From Zymomonas mobilis subsp. mobilis ATCC 10988 (GTDB lineage Bacteria; Pseudomonadota; Alphaproteobacteria; Sphingomonadales; Sphingomonadaceae), in contig NC_017262.1 in assembly GCF_000175255.2 (NCBI RefSeq), positions 480,001-512,000 on the forward strand: a DNA stretch of 32,000 nt. Reading direction: 5' to 3'. Below are positions 1 through 8,180 of the stretch, one piece after another (within the stretch, counting starts at the first letter, position 1; every line of letters starts with the position of its first letter). A program made the position numbers and the translations under genes. Below the pieces are notes generated by a model, which was not told the origin of the DNA, ran no database searches, and worked only from the letters and a program-made list of their open reading frames with translations.

Positions 1-496
1 GATTTCCAATATCGTTACCCTCATTGATGATATCGCATTTCAAACCAATCTTTTGGCTTTAAATGCTAGTATTGAAGCCGCGAAAGCGAGCGAAGCAGGT
101 CGAGGCTTCACCGTTGTTGCGAATGAAGTTCGGGCGCTGGCTCAGCGTTCAGCCGAAGCCGCCGCAGGTATTAAAACCCTTATTGAAGACAGTTTAAAAC
201 AGCTTAGCATCACAAAAAATCATGTTGAAAATACCGGCAAAACCTTTGAAGAAATTATAGAGAGTATCGAAACCGTTAACCGGCAGGCTCATGATATTTC
301 ACTATCAGCGGCATCTCAATCACAAGAGCTGCAAAACGCCGCTGCGACCGTTAAAAATACTGAACAAATAACGCAACAAGGGGGCGTTATTGTTGAGCAA
401 TCAACCGAAGCTTCTCGAAATATTGTCGAGGCAATTGACCTACTTGGCACCGCTTTGGAACGTTTTCATCTAGGGGCAGATGAGAAAACAAACTAA
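1..496 (+). CDS. Methyl-accepting chemotaxis protein, C-terminal signalling domain (5' truncated by window edge)
   Basis: Open frame from base 2 reads [54 protein letters not shown], the conserved MCP hairpin tip; stop at 496. Confidence 0.95.
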   Translation, partial: ISNIVTLIDDIAFQTNLLALNASIEAAKASEAGRGFTVVANEVRALAQRSAEAAAGIKTLIEDSLKQLSITKNHVENTGKTFEEIIESIETVNRQAHDISLSAASQSQELQNAAATVKNTEQITQQGGVIVEQSTEASRNIVEAIDLLGTALERFHLGADEKTN

Positions 497-716
497 TTTT
501 GCTTTATTTATAGCGATAAAAAACGTCAAATATCATGCGCGCTTTCCAATTGATCCTTGACGTAATAGGAAAAATTTTCCAGCCTATTTTGCCTTTTTGA
601 TATAATAACAAGACGGATAAAGGCTTTAGGCAATCGCTATTTTCTGAATGTCCCTTTTCGGCATTCAAAGGTAACAGGAACTATCAGACGTTCTTTCGGG
701 GAAGACGGTATAATTT

Positions 717-2390
717 ATGACACAGCCCGAAAAAAAACTGTTTACTTTATGGCAAGCCCAAAAAAAAACGATCGAAAATGATCTAAAGGCCTGTCAGGCC
801 GGTATCTATGACAGCAAATGCCTGCTCCGTCTGGAAATGGCGATAAAAGAACTGAATAATCAGGCCTCTGGCAATAATGAAACAGCGTTAGTTCAGTTAA
901 CTTTTTTACTAGCGCAACTGATAGAAGCGATCCGCAAAGATCGCTTGGCTTTAAATCTGTTCTTAATTGATCTTATCCAGCGTAGTTTTGATACGATCGA
1001 AAATGACATTCTGGCCATTACATCAAAACAGATTCCGGTTGACCAGACCCAGATTGAAGAAGAATTACAAAAGACAATCGCCCATTCTTCTCAATATGCG
1101 ATTAAAAAAGTCGGTCATGAAATCACTATAGACAAGCCAGAAGTCATTTTATCCAAAAACGCTCTGGTGGCCGATGATCCCGTAACGCGTATTCATCAAA
1201 ATGCCACGGATGAAACGCTTCACGTTGAAGGCAGTCTTGAACCGCATATTCCAGTTAATCCTGAAAAACTGGATAACCTATTCGATATATTCCACGAAAT
1301 GCTGAGCATTCGTTCAGAATTAAGTCTCACTCATGGCCTTTCAGATGAAAAAGCTGGTCGGGTCAATGCGCTCGAAAAATTGGATCAACTGATCCAATCT
1401 GCCAATAATTATGCTATGGCGCTCCAAACTCAGACTATCGAGCCGCTTTTTAAACAAGTCATTGATATCATTAAGCAAAGATGCGGTAATAATCACAAAA
1501 ATATTATTTTTTCAGTTATCGGATCTGAAATCAAAATCGACAAACGGATCGTCATTGATCTTGGCAAGGCTTTACTTGAACTTGTCGATAATGCGGCCTT
1601 TCACGGCATTGAAGAAAGCGAAACGCGTCAGGAAATGGGTAAACCTCGCGAAGGTCATATTCGCTTGGAAGCCCGCTATCATGCCAGCCGCTTAAAGATC
1701 ATTATCGCCGATGATGGCCGTGGCATTCTTTGGAAAAAACTGGTCAAAATTGCCGAACAATACGGCATAATTGCAGATAAAGATGCTCCAGATGGGAAAG
1801 CAGACGAAACGCAATCTTTTGAAAGCCATGCCTCGCATCATGGAAAAGGCGGCTTTGCGACCGTCAAAGACATTGTTCAGTCATTAAAGGGAGAAATCCG
1901 CATTTATGCTCCTCCCCGTTTAGGCACGCGGGTCACGATGCTTCTACCCCTTAATCAAACGATGGTTGAAGGCCTGATTACCACCGTCAAAGATCAAAGC
2001 TATATCCTGCCTATCTCCGATATCATCGAAAGCATCGCGGTCAACGCAGAAGATATTCATTGGGTCGATGAAAGACAGTCAATGATCCAACTACGGGATC
2101 AGTGGTTTCCGGCTATTGCGCTTTCTGCCTTATTGGGAGAGGAAAATTTCACACAGGATTCTTTTAAGACAGGCCGAAAAATCCTGATCAGAATTGACCC
2201 GACGATTCACCAACCAGAAGTGATGATTATCGTTGATGCTCTTGAAAGCCAAAGACAGGTTTTAGTTCAAAGCCTCGAAAAAAATTTCCAAGCTGTGCAC
2301 GGTATTAGTGGGGTTGCTTTTCTACAAGAAGGTCAAACGGCTCTAGTTATTGACATAGACTCCTTATTAAACCCTCACAAATACAGTTAA
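717..2390 (+). CDS. CheA-like histidine kinase homologue (P3/P4/CheW-like P5 regions recognisable; P1 degenerate)
   Basis: 557 aa ORF; N-box-like ELVDNAAFHGIE, G1 DDGRG, G2-like GKGGFATVKDIV, and CheW-like C-terminus beginning around MVEGLITTVKDQSYILPISDI. Confidence 0.85.
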   Translation: MTQPEKKLFTLWQAQKKTIENDLKACQAGIYDSKCLLRLEMAIKELNNQASGNNETALVQLTFLLAQLIEAIRKDRLALNLFLIDLIQRSFDTIENDILAITSKQIPVDQTQIEEELQKTIAHSSQYAIKKVGHEITIDKPEVILSKNALVADDPVTRIHQNATDETLHVEGSLEPHIPVNPEKLDNLFDIFHEMLSIRSELSLTHGLSDEKAGRVNALEKLDQLIQSANNYAMALQTQTIEPLFKQVIDIIKQRCGNNHKNIIFSVIGSEIKIDKRIVIDLGKALLELVDNAAFHGIEESETRQEMGKPREGHIRLEARYHASRLKIIIADDGRGILWKKLVKIAEQYGIIADKDAPDGKADETQSFESHASHHGKGGFATVKDIVQSLKGEIRIYAPPRLGTRVTMLLPLNQTMVEGLITTVKDQSYILPISDIIESIAVNAEDIHWVDERQSMIQLRDQWFPAIALSALLGEENFTQDSFKTGRKILIRIDPTIHQPEVMIIVDALESQRQVLVQSLEKNFQAVHGISGVAFLQEGQTALVIDIDSLLNPHKYS

Positions 2391-2746
2391 TTTTACATTA
2401 TTTTAAAAGAATATATTTTTATTATTACGTAAAATATTTTAATTTAAAAATCCGTTTTGGATGGATGCGCATTTTTATTGAGGAGTCGGTTTTTATATTT
2501 TTGACGACTTCGGATTTTCTATAAAAATTGATAATTTTTCCAGAAGAGCATTGCCTTATATGTCTGAAATATAAAGACAAAAGCCGATTTTGTTAAGCAT
2601 ATTTTAGAGTTTATGGTATTAAACTTTCTATCAAATGATAGACATTCAATAGGATTTAGAAATATCGGTTTTTAAACAACTGCTTCATATTGAACCAGTT
2701 TTCTCCACATAACGGGCGTTTTAAAATCAATATAAAGGGATACGGA

Positions 2747-3772
2747 ATGAGCGATCCTGTTCGCGTTTTAATTGTTGATGATTCTCTCACCATGCGCACC
2801 CTCTTTTCCGAGGTGCTGGACAGCTTTGATAATATTCAGGTTGTCGGCGTCGCGGCGAATGCAGATGAAGCACGGGAACGTATTACAGAATTATCACCCC
2901 AGGTCATTACGCTTGACGTCGAAATGCCGGGAATGAGCGGTATCGAATTTCTCGAAGAAATCATGAAAGAACGGCCAATGCCGGTCATCATGCTTTCGAC
3001 GCTGACCCAGCGTGGTGCAGAAATTTCACTGCGTGCTTTGGAATTGGGCGCATTTGAATGCTTCCCGAAACCACAGAATGTGACTCTGGAAGTTTTCAAA
3101 AAACTTGGGCCTAAACTGGCTGAACTGATTGTTGCTGCGGCTGGCGGTAAAATCCGTAAAAAGACCAGACAGCGTAAGGTTGCCAAAGACGAACTGGAAT
3201 GGAATGGTAAGATGATTGCCCTTGCGACCTCAACGGGTGGCGTGGATGCAATGCTTGACATTTTACCGGAATTTCCGGCCAACTGCCCTCCGACCCTTAT
3301 TGTTCAACCTTTGGATGATAGTTTTACCGAAATTTATCTGACTCGTTTGGGTTCTGCTATCAAACCTCAGGTCAAACTGGCCAAAGATGGTGCCAAATTA
3401 AAACAAGGCGTGATCTATATTGCCAGCGACACCAATAACCATGTGGTGATTGACCGTTGGCCTGATCCGACCATTCGCTTGCTTCCCAAGGAACCTGTCC
3501 AAGGCCACCGCCCCAGCGCCAGCTTGCTATTTGCAGCCCTTGCAAAAACCGCCAAAGATGATGTTGTTGCCGGTATTTTGACGGGGGTTGGTGATGATGG
3601 CGTTGCCGGGATGCGGGCATTGAAAGCTAGTGGCGCGTTCACTTTTGCTCAAGATCAGGAAACCGCTATCGCTGGTGATGCACCCCGCGCTGCTCGCGAT
3701 GCCAAGGTTATCGATCAGGAGGTCGCTATCGGCGATATCGCCTCTGTGGTTCTTGCTAAATGTCAGAAATAA
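2747..3772 (+). CDS. CheB-like protein: receiver domain plus methylesterase-like domain
   Basis: Receiver with VDDS, LDVEMPGMSG and the FPKP lysine; esterase-like part with ATSTGG and LTGVGDDG. ATG at 2747 follows aagggatacgga and starts MSDPVRVLIVDDS; the track start at 2690 adds 19 unconserved residues. Confidence 0.88.
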   Translation: MSDPVRVLIVDDSLTMRTLFSEVLDSFDNIQVVGVAANADEARERITELSPQVITLDVEMPGMSGIEFLEEIMKERPMPVIMLSTLTQRGAEISLRALELGAFECFPKPQNVTLEVFKKLGPKLAELIVAAAGGKIRKKTRQRKVAKDELEWNGKMIALATSTGGVDAMLDILPEFPANCPPTLIVQPLDDSFTEIYLTRLGSAIKPQVKLAKDGAKLKQGVIYIASDTNNHVVIDRWPDPTIRLLPKEPVQGHRPSASLLFAALAKTAKDDVVAGILTGVGDDGVAGMRALKASGAFTFAQDQETAIAGDAPRAARDAKVIDQEVAIGDIASVVLAKCQK

Positions 3773-4092
3773 AATCAGATAAAGATTTTCTCAATCCGGA
3801 ACAGGCTCGTCCCTGTTCCGGAGATTTGTGCAAAAATAATCGGGCAACCACCCTTTTATTTAAAAAGCTGGCCGCCGAAGTCGCTTTGGTGCGCCATGAT
3901 GTCGAACATCTATCAGTGATATTATGCGGCGATAGCTATGTTGTCGAAAATCATGTCTCTGTTTTACAGGATTTCGACCATATTACACAAAGGCTTGCTA
4001 TCATCGCGGATATCTTACAGGCTGATGATCGCCTTGAAGCGGTCAAACATATCCCGCTTGAGGTTTTGGCAGCACGCCTCAATAACAAATAA
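3760..4092 (+). CDS. Small hypothetical protein (110 aa) overlapping the 3' end of the cheB-like gene
   Basis: Same-strand ORF overlapping the upstream gene by 13 nt, which suggests translational coupling; no family recognised. Confidence 0.6.
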   Translation: MSEIKSDKDFLNPEQARPCSGDLCKNNRATTLLFKKLAAEVALVRHDVEHLSVILCGDSYVVENHVSVLQDFDHITQRLAIIADILQADDRLEAVKHIPLEVLAARLNNK

Positions 4093-4118
4093 TGCAAGGC
4101 GTCTTTTCTAAAAAATAA

Positions 4119-4142
4119 GCCGGATCTTAAAAAAGCTCCGGC
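4119..4142 (-). terminator. Rho-independent terminator-like hairpin between convergent genes
   Basis: GCCGGA (4119-4124) / TCCGGC (4137-4142). On the minus strand the stem is followed by TTATTTTTT, downstream of the 4162-4752 gene. Confidence 0.6.
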
Positions 4143-4161
4143 CTAAGGAAATACGCTTCAA

Positions 4162-4752
4162 TTATTTCATGGTTTTGGCATCAATCGTTGCCAATTTGTG
4201 AACCAGTCCCGGAATACCATTAGAAGCAACCGTCGAAGAGAAGTCAGCGCGCTGAACCGCTAACTGGCTGACGCCATCCGAAATAATATCGACGATTCTC
4301 CATTTACCCTGACTAAAACGCATCCGGTAAATCAGCTTATCACTCGTGATCGTTGCCCGTACCAATTTATCAGAACCACGGCTGGTAACAGGCAGTTCGG
4401 TTTTAAACTGTTCACCGCCATAACTGACAAAATTGCTGGCCAACATAACGGCACTATGATGTTCCAAAGCCGCAATAGCCTGATCGCGATCCGCTTGGGA
4501 AGCTGAAGACCAACCAGATCCGACAACCAAAGACGTCATGGTTGGCATGTCATAATAGTCATGAACCAAGGTTTCAAAGCGCGTTATCCGGCCAGAAATT
4601 CCAAGGCTTTTTCCCTGCTTCATGATTTCGATAATAGCATTGTGATAGGCGTCAATTTGGGTGGCGGCAGGATCGCTCGCTTGAGCAAAGGCTGCAACCG
4701 GCGCTACCGTCACCAAAATAGCGGGTATTATATTTTTCAATTTTAAAGCCAT
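4162..4752 (-). CDS. MlaC/Ttg2D-family periplasmic phospholipid-binding protein, probably the hopanoid-associated HpnM subtype
   Basis: 196 aa, N-terminal signal peptide MALKLKNIIPAILVTVAPVAAFAQA, toluene-tolerance/MlaC-like body (TRFETLVHDYYDMPTMTSLVVG...GKWRIVDIISDGVS); proximity to the hpn cluster. Confidence 0.8.
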   Translation of the reverse strand: MALKLKNIIPAILVTVAPVAAFAQASDPAATQIDAYHNAIIEIMKQGKSLGISGRITRFETLVHDYYDMPTMTSLVVGSGWSSASQADRDQAIAALEHHSAVMLASNFVSYGGEQFKTELPVTSRGSDKLVRATITSDKLIYRMRFSQGKWRIVDIISDGVSQLAVQRADFSSTVASNGIPGLVHKLATIDAKTMK

Positions 4753-5247
4753 AAAAAATCCTACTCTTCAATTCACATGAATATGGAAAGAGGCAAAATA
4801 CGATTCCACATTTCTTACTTATCTCCCATTTATAAAAATGCCGGAAATAATGGAAATGTAATATCCTGATTTTCCCGTCGGCTTTCTTCCCTTGGTTTAA
4901 TATGTCTTTTTAAAAAGCATCTAATGAACGAGGAAAGAACAATAACCTTGAAACAAGCATCCGTCCCATCACTCATCGCCGGTTTAGAACTTTTTGTCTA
5001 ATCCTTCACAAAAAATGCTTCATTATGCCTTGATGAAAAAAAACGTCAAAAAAAGGGTTGAGTTTCCGTTTTTGACCGCAACATCTGAAAATACTGTGTT
5101 TTTTATACATAATTCACACGAAATCTGCCGTTTCTATGCTACATTATGCGTTATCTGCTTTAGAATTATCTATAAAATAGATACAGACCTGTGTCAGGTT
5201 AGACTTGCAAGGTCTAGAATTAAGAACATCCAAAATCGGGACTGTTT

Positions 5248-6270
5248 GTGATAAAAATCATTCTGGCTCAACCGCGTGGCTTCTGTGCCGGCGTGATCCG
5301 TGCTATCGAAATTGTCGATCAGGCATTAGACCGTGTCGGAGCGCCTGTATATGTCCGCCATGAAATCGTTCATAATCGTCATGTTGTCGATACATTAAAG
5401 GCAAAAGGCGCTGTCTTTGTCGAAGAACTCTCCGAAGTTCCCCCCGGCGAAGTCACTGTTTTCAGTGCGCATGGCGTTGCTCGCACCGTTCAAAAGGAAG
5501 CCGAAGAACGCGGCTTGCCGGTGGTCGATGCGACCTGCCCTTTGGTAAACAAAGTGCATGCGCAAGGCCGACGTTACCTTTCTCATGGACGGACTTTGAT
5601 TTTAATTGGCCATGCCGGTCATCCTGAAATTGAAGGTACTTTAGGCCAGATTGATGGGCCTGTTCACCTCGTCGGTTCCGCCGAACAGGTAGATAGCCTT
5701 GACATTCCGTCCGATACGCCGGTCGCTTTCATCACCCAGACAACGCTTTCTGTTGATGATACCCGCTCGGTTATCGCTGCATTGCGCAAAAAATTTACAG
5801 ATGTCATTGGGCCCGATACCTCGGATATCTGTTACGCGACCCAGAATCGGCAAGCTGCGGTCAGAGATCTTTGCAAACAATCCGATCTCATTTTGGTTGT
5901 CGGTTCACCGAACAGCTCAAATTCCAACCGTTTGCGCGAAATTGGCTTAGAAGAAGGTCTTCCCAGCTATCTGATCGCCGATGGCAGCGAAATTGATCCT
6001 GTTTGGTTTGAAGGTATCAATACAGTCGGATTAACGGCAGGTGCCTCTGCGCCAGAAGAATTGGTGCAAAGCGTTATTACCGCCATCCGCGCTCTAGGCC
6101 CTGTCACTGTAGAACAGCTTGATGGTGTCGAAGAGAAGATTGCTTTCCGCTTGCCGCCAACCCTGCGCCATCTCAAAGCCCGCAATGCGGCACATAACAA
6201 TTTAGACAACAAAACTGCTGCTTCAGAAGAGGCGGACAGTCTCTCTAACGATACAGAACAGGAGGCTTGA
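5248..6270 (+). CDS. ispH: 4-hydroxy-3-methylbut-2-enyl diphosphate reductase (IspH/LytB)
   Basis: GTG start; [81 protein letters not shown] are IspH hallmarks. Confidence 0.97.
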   Translation: MIKIILAQPRGFCAGVIRAIEIVDQALDRVGAPVYVRHEIVHNRHVVDTLKAKGAVFVEELSEVPPGEVTVFSAHGVARTVQKEAEERGLPVVDATCPLVNKVHAQGRRYLSHGRTLILIGHAGHPEIEGTLGQIDGPVHLVGSAEQVDSLDIPSDTPVAFITQTTLSVDDTRSVIAALRKKFTDVIGPDTSDICYATQNRQAAVRDLCKQSDLILVVGSPNSSNSNRLREIGLEEGLPSYLIADGSEIDPVWFEGINTVGLTAGASAPEELVQSVITAIRALGPVTVEQLDGVEEKIAFRLPPTLRHLKARNAAHNNLDNKTAASEEADSLSNDTEQEA

Positions 6271-6273
6271 GCC

Positions 6274-7419
6274 TTGGGTATTCCTTTTAGTCAGGTTTTA
6301 CGGATTGGTTCCTACATCCTTGGTAATCATATCAAAGGGACAAAGCGTTATCCTCTGGTTTTGATGCTTGAACCGCTCTTCCGCTGCAATCTTGCCTGTC
6401 AGGGCTGCGGTAAGATCGATTACCCCAAAGAAATTCTGAACCAGCGTTTGTCTTATGACGAATGTATGCAGGCTATTGATGAATGTGGCGCTCCGGTGGT
6501 TTCTATCGCCGGTGGTGAACCGCTGCTTCATCGCGACATGCCTAAAATTGTTAAAGGCGCTCTTGATAAAGGCAAATTCGTTATTTGCTGCACCAATGCT
6601 TTGCTTTTTGCAAAGAAGGTCGATCAATATGAACCGCGCCCCAATTTCACTTGGTCAATCCATCTTGATGGTGACAAGGAAATGCATGACCGCTCTGTTT
6701 CTTTAGACGGTGTCTATGAAACAGCGGAAGCTGCTATTCGTCTTGCCAAATCCCGTGGTTTTCAGGTTTCGATCAACTGCACGCTCTTTAACGATGCCAA
6801 TCCAGAACGGACGGCTAAATTCTTTGACCGCATGAAGGCCATCGGCATTGACGGCATCACGGTTTCTCCGGGTTACGCCTATGAACGGGCTGCCAATCAG
6901 GATGAATTCCTGAACCGCACCACCACGAAAAACCTGTTCCGCAACATTTTCCGTTTGGGCAAAGGTCATAAATGGCCGTTCAACCAGTCCATTCAGTTCT
7001 TGAACTTCTTGGCCGGTAACGAAACCTATAAATGCACGCCTTGGGGCAACCCGACCCGTACCGTCTTTGGCTGGCAGCGTCCTTGCTATCTTTTGGGTGA
7101 AGATTACGCCAAAAGCTTCAAAGACCTTATGGAAAATACGGCTTGGGATGATTACGGCGTTGGCAATTATGAAAAATGCCAAGACTGTATGGTTCACTCT
7201 GGTTTTGAAGCCACGGCGGTTATTGACACGGTTCGCCATCCGCTGAAAGCTGCTATGGTTGCTTTAAAAGGCATCAAAACAGAAGGTGCTATGGCACCCG
7301 ATATCAGCCTTGCCAATCAGCGTCGCGCCAAGGATGTGTTCTCCGATCACGTTCAGCAGCGTTTAGCTGAAATCCGGGAAGCCGAGGCTGCTGCCAAAAA
7401 GGAAACCGACGCGGCCTAA
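6274..7419 (+). CDS. hpnH: Hopanoid biosynthesis radical SAM protein HpnH (adenosylhopane synthase)
   Basis: TTG start preceded by AGGAGG; radical SAM motif CNLACQGC; position 3 nt after ispH and next to the hopanoid cluster. Confidence 0.95.
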   Translation: MGIPFSQVLRIGSYILGNHIKGTKRYPLVLMLEPLFRCNLACQGCGKIDYPKEILNQRLSYDECMQAIDECGAPVVSIAGGEPLLHRDMPKIVKGALDKGKFVICCTNALLFAKKVDQYEPRPNFTWSIHLDGDKEMHDRSVSLDGVYETAEAAIRLAKSRGFQVSINCTLFNDANPERTAKFFDRMKAIGIDGITVSPGYAYERAANQDEFLNRTTTKNLFRNIFRLGKGHKWPFNQSIQFLNFLAGNETYKCTPWGNPTRTVFGWQRPCYLLGEDYAKSFKDLMENTAWDDYGVGNYEKCQDCMVHSGFEATAVIDTVRHPLKAAMVALKGIKTEGAMAPDISLANQRRAKDVFSDHVQQRLAEIREAEAAAKKETDAA

Positions 7420-8067
7420 CTCTTTCAAGGCTTTCGTTGCGGCCGTTGCTGTCGTGACGAAAGCCGGTATTTGGCTCGGTTTCAATAACAATGATTTCAG
7501 TAGGGCCGGTATCGCGACGCTGCCATCAGGCTGCATCGCCACCGAAAAAGCGGGAGGCAGAGCGTGATCGGCCTGATCTGAAATCACTCTTAAAATAATA
7601 AATGGACAATTATATTCTTGGGCTATTCGGGCAACGATATGGGATTCCATATCAACGGCGATAGCCTTTTGTTTTTTCTGAATGTCTTGTTTCTGGGCGA
7701 TATCGGAAACAAGAGTGCCATCTGAATAAATTATTCCCTTTTTTAATTTAGGGAAAATTTTCTCAAGCGAGCCTTGCCATGCTTCATCGCAATCGGCATC
7801 GACATTCCCTGTTAAATGGCTTCCGACAACCCAATCGCCTACTTTTAAATCAGAATCCAAAGCGCCAGCCAAACCAAAACTCACTAAACCGGCAATCGTG
7901 TTTTCTTGCATAATTCGGCGCAAAGATTCTTCGAGACGAATACTATCCCCTCCCCCTGCCAGAGACAAAACTTTTTCACATTGCGCCGCCGCCCGTGCTT
8001 CACGATCTATTCCGGTCACAGCAAGGATATGGTTCAGCATATTTTTTCCTTCATAATACCCCGCCAA
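7363..8067 (-). CDS. hpnG: HpnG, phosphorylase/nucleosidase-like protein acting on adenosylhopane
   Basis: NLHILAVTG-like start MLNHILAVTGIDREAR; FGLAGAL, VDMESHIVARIA, VISDQADHALP are nucleoside phosphorylase-like. Likely true start ATG at 8040. Confidence 0.9.
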   Translation of the reverse strand: MAGYYEGKNMLNHILAVTGIDREARAAAQCEKVLSLAGGGDSIRLEESLRRIMQENTIAGLVSFGLAGALDSDLKVGDWVVGSHLTGNVDADCDEAWQGSLEKIFPKLKKGIIYSDGTLVSDIAQKQDIQKKQKAIAVDMESHIVARIAQEYNCPFIILRVISDQADHALPPAFSVAMQPDGSVAIPALLKSLLLKPSQIPAFVTTATAATKALKELGRVGFLFGSSLGFPDFS

Positions 8068-8106
8068 TCATCACAATATTTTATAAAAACAATATGATAA
8101 TACAAA

Positions 8107-8136
8107 AAAATACGGCCAAAAAATCAGCCGTATTTT
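8107..8136 (-). terminator. Rho-independent terminator-like hairpin downstream of shc and upstream of hpnG (potentially bidirectional)
   Basis: Perfect 10 bp stem AAAATACGGC / GCCGTATTTT with a 10 nt loop; the minus strand reads into a T run (TTTTTTTGTA). Confidence 0.75.
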
Positions 8137-8180
8137 GATTTAGACGTATTTCATTACTAACAGGTTATAAAATCAGCCTG

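Noticed and set aside
2690-2746. 19-residue N-terminal extension of the cheB-like ORF
   Set aside because: The receiver domain starts properly at MSDPVRVLIVDDS (ATG 2747) with a better ribosome site; the extension looks spurious.
4994-5251. 85 aa plus-strand ORF directly before ispH
   Set aside because: TTG start, no recognisable domain, AT-rich promoter-like region, 4 nt overlap with a strong ispH start; more likely untranslated leader.
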